Origin: Candidatus Hermodarchaeota archaeon
Lineage (GTDB): Archaea > Asgardarchaeota > Lokiarchaeia > Sigyniarchaeales > SOKP01
Assembly (NCBI GenBank): GCA_048885535.1
Contig: JBHLLO010000036.1
Location: 17,101 to 28,514, forward strand
Reading direction: 5' to 3'
DNA: 11,414 nt
A program made the translations under genes and the position numbers. Below the pieces are notes generated by a model. The model was not told where the DNA came from. It ran no database searches and saw only the letters and a program-made list of their open reading frames with translations. Shown here piece by piece: positions 7,560-11,414 of the stretch (position 1 is its first letter; each line of letters opens with the position of its first letter).

Positions 7560-8081
7560 TCAAAAAATCTGTCTTTCTAATATCTTTTTTGTTAATAAAT
7601 TAAAAGCTTGTTGTACATTCTCTCCCGATTTACTTGAAACTCGTAAGTAATCAAATAAGTTAAAATCATTCTTAAAATTTAATACATATTCATCATTGAC
7701 CATGATTTCATCTTCTAAATCATTTTTCGTTCCTAGAAATAAGATTGGAAGATCCGGATTTCCCTTTCTGCAAATATTGACCCATTGTTCTAAATTTTCC
7801 AAAGTAATTGGACGGGTCAAGTCAAACATAAGTAAAGCTCCTTTCGCCCCCAATACATAACTTTCTAATAAAAATCTGAATCGTTCTTGTCCACCAAAAT
7901 CCCAAAGTTGGAGAGTACAATATTGATCATCAAGTTCAATCTCTTTTAGGAAAAATTCCACTCCTATCGTCATTTTTGTTTCAGCTGAGAACCTCCCTTC
8001 AACATATCGATGCAAAAGAGTTGTTTTACCTACTCCTCCTTCTCCCGCTGTCAGAATTTTAAGTATAAATTTTTTAGGCAC
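7560..8081 (-). CDS. Rab-like Ras-superfamily small GTPase (paralog A)
   Basis: G1 GEGGVGKT, G2 TIGVEF, G3 WDFGGQERF, G4 variant TKND, G5 SSK. GTG start, TGA stop, no C-terminal Cys. Confidence 0.93.
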   Translation of the reverse strand: MPKKFILKILTAGEGGVGKTTLLHRYVEGRFSAETKMTIGVEFFLKEIELDDQYCTLQLWDFGGQERFRFLLESYVLGAKGALLMFDLTRPITLENLEQWVNICRKGNPDLPILFLGTKNDLEDEIMVNDEYVLNFKNDFNLFDYLRVSSKSGENVQQAFNLLTKKILERQIF

Positions 8082-8263
8082 GATTGATTTACCTATTCAA
8101 TTATTATATTTCAAGTATGCATTACTTTTGGCTTATTGCTTTTCTAATACTGTTGGTAATATAATTTAATGAATCCTATCTGAATTTTCTTTTACAGTTG
8201 TAAGTTTTTCTCTTCTAAGACTATTTACATATTTATAGATTTAAAGTTTTAAAACTTATCTTG

Positions 8264-8291
8264 TTAGATATTTGATATTAGATATTAGATA
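8264..8291. repeat. Tandem heptamer repeat (TTAGATA x4, one copy with a mismatch)
   Basis: ttagata tttgata ttagata ttagata, located in the divergent intergenic region. Confidence 0.75.
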
Positions 8292-8469
8292 AAAATTTTT
8301 ATTTTTTATTTTTTGGATTTGATTAAATTTAAATTAATCCTCAAATCAGGATCTTTTAACTAAAAACCGATATTAGGTATTCAATATATAGTTAAAGAGA
8401 AAAATATAAAGATTTAGATATATAAATTAAACACATACATTGTTATTAATACCAATTATTGTGGTTGAT

Positions 8470-8748
8470 ATGAAAAAGAAGAAACCAACTGCAGAACAAT
8501 TAGAAGAATTAAATATTAATTCCTGGGGTATTTGGGAGAAGGAAAAAAGTGTTTTTGACTGGTCCTATAGCGATACAGAAACATGTTATATTCTAGAAGG
8601 TGAGGTTGAAGTTACTGATTCATCTTCAGGAGAAAAACTTGAGTTTAAAAAAGGAGATTTGGTTCAATTTCCAAAAGGTTTAAAGTGCGTATGGAATGTA
8701 AAAAAACCGGTAAGGAAATACTATACATTTGGAGATCTTGATATCTAA
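8470..8748 (+). CDS. Cupin_3 / DUF861 family protein
   Basis: 'WGIWEKEKSVFDWSYSDTETCYILEGEVEV...GDLVQFPKGLKCVWNVKKPVRKYY'. ATG at 8470 follows GTGGTTGA and is preferred over TTG 8440. Confidence 0.9.
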   Translation: MKKKKPTAEQLEELNINSWGIWEKEKSVFDWSYSDTETCYILEGEVEVTDSSSGEKLEFKKGDLVQFPKGLKCVWNVKKPVRKYYTFGDLDI

Positions 8749-8933
8749 TTCCTTTTTTTCATAATTTTATAATCTATTATTCATTAGCTTTTTTTTTTCA
8801 AAAATTAAAAAATACAAATTAGAAACTCTTAAATATACAAAGCTTGTAATAAATAAATGCACATAAATATAAATTATTCGATGCGAATTCATCTCTTTTG
8901 ATTAAAGAATTTAATATTAAAAAGAAGATTTAA

Positions 8934-10592
8934 ATGGAGTCTAGTGAAAGTAAGTTTATTACATCAGAGGTTAAAATTAAAGACTTTTTTAATAATATAC
9001 CTATTCCTTCGTATGTCTGGCAAAAAGAAGGAGAGGATTTTATACTTATTGAATATAACATCGCTGCTGAAAAAGCTACTAATGGCAAAATCAAAGACTT
9101 TTTAGGTGAAAAAGCTTCTTTTTTTTATGAAAAAAAGCCCGAACTTATAAAAGAGCTACAAAAATGTATTAAAGAGCAGAAAGGAAGTGCTAAAGAATTA
9201 AAATATACAATGAAAACTACTGGAAAAGAATTATATTTGAGTATTAGATATTATTTTGTAGCTCCTGATTTAATAATTCTGCATACAGAAGATATCACTA
9301 ATCGTAAAAAAGTTGAATTGGATCTTAAGAGTTCGGAAGAAAAATTTAGACACTTATTTCACCATTCACCATATGCTGTTGTTTTAGTTGATTTAGTGGG
9401 TACTATTTTGGATTGTAATGACTCAACTACTAGGTTATTCGGATATGAGAAAAGTGATTTAATTGGTTATAATTATCTGCATTTATCAATGTATCCTAAA
9501 GAACTTATCCCTACTCTTGAGTCAAGATTTAAAAAATTATTAGAATCTGAAACATTAGAACCATTCGAGCTCAAAATTACTAAAAAAGATGGTAATGAAG
9601 CATGGGTTCTTTCTAATTTATCAATTCTTAAATTAGGGGAAAAGAAACTTCTACATTCAATTATTATTGATATAACAGAACAAAAGAAATTTGAAGAGAC
9701 AATAAAAAGAAAATTAGAGATTGAAAAATTCCTAACCACAATCTCTTCTAGATTTATAGGGAATGTTGATATTGATATGACTATTAATTTATCATTAATT
9801 GAAATGGGTAGATTATTAGAAGCGAATCGTGCGTATCTTCTATTATTTAATGAAGAAAATTCACTAGAATTTTTTACTCAACAGTGGTGTGTTGAAGATA
9901 TTGAACCTGAGCACCTAGATTCAATGGTTATTCACGTTGAAAAATATCCTTGGTGTCTTAAACAGTGCAAAGAACAAGGTTTTGTCTATATTCCTGATGT
10001 CGGTGCACTTAGTGAAGAAGCATTATCAACAAAAGAAAAATTAGAGACTTTAAATATAAAGTCGTTTTTGGCATTTCCAGTAGTAATAAAGGGAGAATTA
10101 TTTGGATTTATAGGATTTGATAATATTGAAAAGATGAAAACTTGGAATAAAGAAGATTTTTCTTTGCTTAAAACCTCTTCTGAAATTATAGGAAGTGTAC
10201 TAGAACGCAAATGGGCCGAAGAAACCTTAAAAAGTAGTAATCAATTATTAGCAGGTATAATTTCTTCATTAACTGATTCTATTTGTTTAATTGATAAAGG
10301 CTTTAATATTATTTGGTGCAATTCTGTTGCAAAAAATAAGTTTGGTATTAATATAAATGGAAAAAAATGTTATGAAGCTATTATTAACCTAAATAAAAAA
10401 TGTAAGAAATGCATTGCTGAAAAAACCTTTATTGACGGCAAGATTCATGAACAAGAAATAAATTTAGTTGACGTTAATGGAAACGTATCTTATGCTTGGT
10501 GTACTTCTAGTAGTGCAGCTTTAAATCTTGAAGGTGAAACAGAATTAATTATTCTGATTCTTAGAGATGTTATAACCAAAGAATTAGATTAA
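8934..10592 (+). CDS. PAS-PAS-GAF-PAS sensory protein without an output domain
   Basis: PAS1 'FNNIPIP...YNIAAEK...EDITNRK'. PAS2 'SEEKFRHLFHHSPYAVVLVD...KKDGNEAWV...DITEQKK'. GAF 'GRLLEANRAYLL...NIKSFLAFPVVIKGELFGFIGFD...WNKEDFSLL'. PAS3 'SLTDSICLIDKGFNIIWCN...LRDV', then stop. Confidence 0.88.
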   Translation: MESSESKFITSEVKIKDFFNNIPIPSYVWQKEGEDFILIEYNIAAEKATNGKIKDFLGEKASFFYEKKPELIKELQKCIKEQKGSAKELKYTMKTTGKELYLSIRYYFVAPDLIILHTEDITNRKKVELDLKSSEEKFRHLFHHSPYAVVLVDLVGTILDCNDSTTRLFGYEKSDLIGYNYLHLSMYPKELIPTLESRFKKLLESETLEPFELKITKKDGNEAWVLSNLSILKLGEKKLLHSIIIDITEQKKFEETIKRKLEIEKFLTTISSRFIGNVDIDMTINLSLIEMGRLLEANRAYLLLFNEENSLEFFTQQWCVEDIEPEHLDSMVIHVEKYPWCLKQCKEQGFVYIPDVGALSEEALSTKEKLETLNIKSFLAFPVVIKGELFGFIGFDNIEKMKTWNKEDFSLLKTSSEIIGSVLERKWAEETLKSSNQLLAGIISSLTDSICLIDKGFNIIWCNSVAKNKFGININGKKCYEAIINLNKKCKKCIAEKTFIDGKIHEQEINLVDVNGNVSYAWCTSSSAALNLEGETELIILILRDVITKELD

Positions 10593-10621
10593 AACCAGAT
10601 TATTTGTAAGAAATAATAATT

Positions 10622-11182
10622 CTAGGCAAATCTCTGTTTATCTCTATATTCTTTAACTGAAATGTGCCTTTTTGTTAACCTATCATTTTTAATAAGAGTT
10701 TCTTCGATAGCTTTAATTTCTACTCGAGTATTTACTTTATGCTTTTTAAGTTCTTCTAAAATTTCTTTTTCCCCAAATCCCTTATTATAGAGCTCTTTAA
10801 ATTTTTCAATTATACTATCATTATAATAAATGTATTGCTTATTTAGAAAGATTATTAGCCAATTCTGTTTTCTTTGCTTTTGAGATAACTTAAACATTCT
10901 TTCTTGTATGTCTTCATACTTTCTTTTAAGACTTCTTGATATTGTTTTATCGTCAATTGAAGTTTGGTTCTTAAGAAACTTTTTTAACTTATTACCAAAA
11001 ATCAAGTTTGGAATATATGAAAGGCCATATAAAATCAATGTGATGATTGTCATCCAGATACCTACTTGAAGATTAAATATAGCTACAATAATAATAATGA
11101 AAATAAGAATGAAAAACCACTTTCTTCCAATCGATTTTAAAATTACTGCTAACTTTCTTGGCATGTCTCTCCATTCAGTCAA
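10622..11182 (-). CDS. Hypothetical membrane protein (two N-terminal TM helices, basic soluble C-terminal domain)
   Basis: Hydrophobic segments 'WFFILIFIIIIVAIF' and 'VGIWMTIITLILYGLSYI', followed by a charged helical region. Start is TTG 11182 or ATG 11164. Confidence 0.75.
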   Translation of the reverse strand: MTEWRDMPRKLAVILKSIGRKWFFILIFIIIIVAIFNLQVGIWMTIITLILYGLSYIPNLIFGNKLKKFLKNQTSIDDKTISRSLKRKYEDIQERMFKLSQKQRKQNWLIIFLNKQYIYYNDSIIEKFKELYNKGFGEKEILEELKKHKVNTRVEIKAIEETLIKNDRLTKRHISVKEYRDKQRFA

Positions 11183-11263
11183 AGATTAATTAGATAATAA
11201 TATATTTTATTAATAAACACTTAAAAAAATTGTTTTTCATTCCATTAAAATTAGACATATTAG

Positions 11264-11287
11264 AAAAAAGAGTTTTAACCACAAAAA
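11264..11287 (-). terminator. U-tract candidate terminator after the 5S rRNA-like gene
   Basis: T5 (11287-11283) and T6 (11269-11264) on the minus strand, directly after the structured RNA. Confidence 0.4.
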
Positions 11288-11296
11288 TTTTAGCGT

Positions 11297-11414
11297 TTCT
11301 GGGTTCAGATGGGACCAGGTATTTTCCTGTTTTACCGTGACCGTAGCCTAAGCCACAGTTAGAAAGTTCCCACAAATCTCAATTGCAGTACTAATTTCAA
11401 CGCAAAACAGTTTA
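11297..11414 (-). rRNA. rrf: 5S rRNA, with the 3' half (11414-11351) upstream of the 5' half (11348-11297); runs to the window edge
   Basis: Helix I: GGCUACGGU (11348-11340) with ACUGUGGCU (11359-11351). Helix II: GUAAAACAG (11335-11327) with CUGUUUUGC (11410-11402). Helix III and loop C: CUGG-UCCCAUCUGAAC-CCAG-AA. Helix V: GAAA/UUUC. Loop E: AGUA/GAA. Helix IV: CUGCAA/UUGUGG with a GAGA-containing loop. Confidence 0.88.

Noticed and set aside
8082-8230. Purine-rich, coding-looking stretch upstream of GTPase A
   Set aside because: Only short stop-interrupted frames with no recognisable similarity, so a pseudogene call cannot be supported.
9473-10210. Two minus-strand ORFs (88 aa and 74 aa)
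   Set aside because: Antisense shadows within the PAS/GAF gene.
11190-11375. 61 aa minus-strand ORF
   Set aside because: Overlaps the 5S rRNA structure and its U-rich trailer, so it is a spurious frame.
1-11414. CRISPR array, tRNA, transposase/integrase or defence genes
   Set aside because: No repeat-spacer array, cloverleaf or mobile-element protein motif was seen. The PIN protein looks Fcf1-like and has no adjacent antitoxin, so it was not called a VapBC system.

Overview
AT-rich archaeal chromosomal window, most likely from an Asgard archaeon of the Lokiarchaeia type. This is inferred from two Rab-like small GTPases, a longin/roadblock-like protein and archaeal-type Spt5 and aIF1A. It holds 13 credible CDSs: TIGR00266/AIM24 protein, acyl-CoA dehydrogenase, longin+roadblock-like protein, Spt5 with acidic extensions, aIF1A, a cupin, Fe-containing alcohol dehydrogenase, a GTPase-PIN-GTPase trio, a DUF861 cupin, a PAS-PAS-GAF-PAS sensor with no output domain, and a membrane-anchored hypothetical protein. 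The most striking signal is not in the ORF track. The last ~118 nt (minus strand) fold into a nearly complete 5S rRNA whose 3' half comes before its 5' half, with helix I closed by a C(UUAG)G loop. This is a candidate circularly permuted 5S rRNA gene with a eukaryote-like loop C. The window ends exactly there, so a head-to-tail 1.5-copy arrangement or an assembly artefact cannot be excluded. All calls come from motif recognition by eye; no searches were run.
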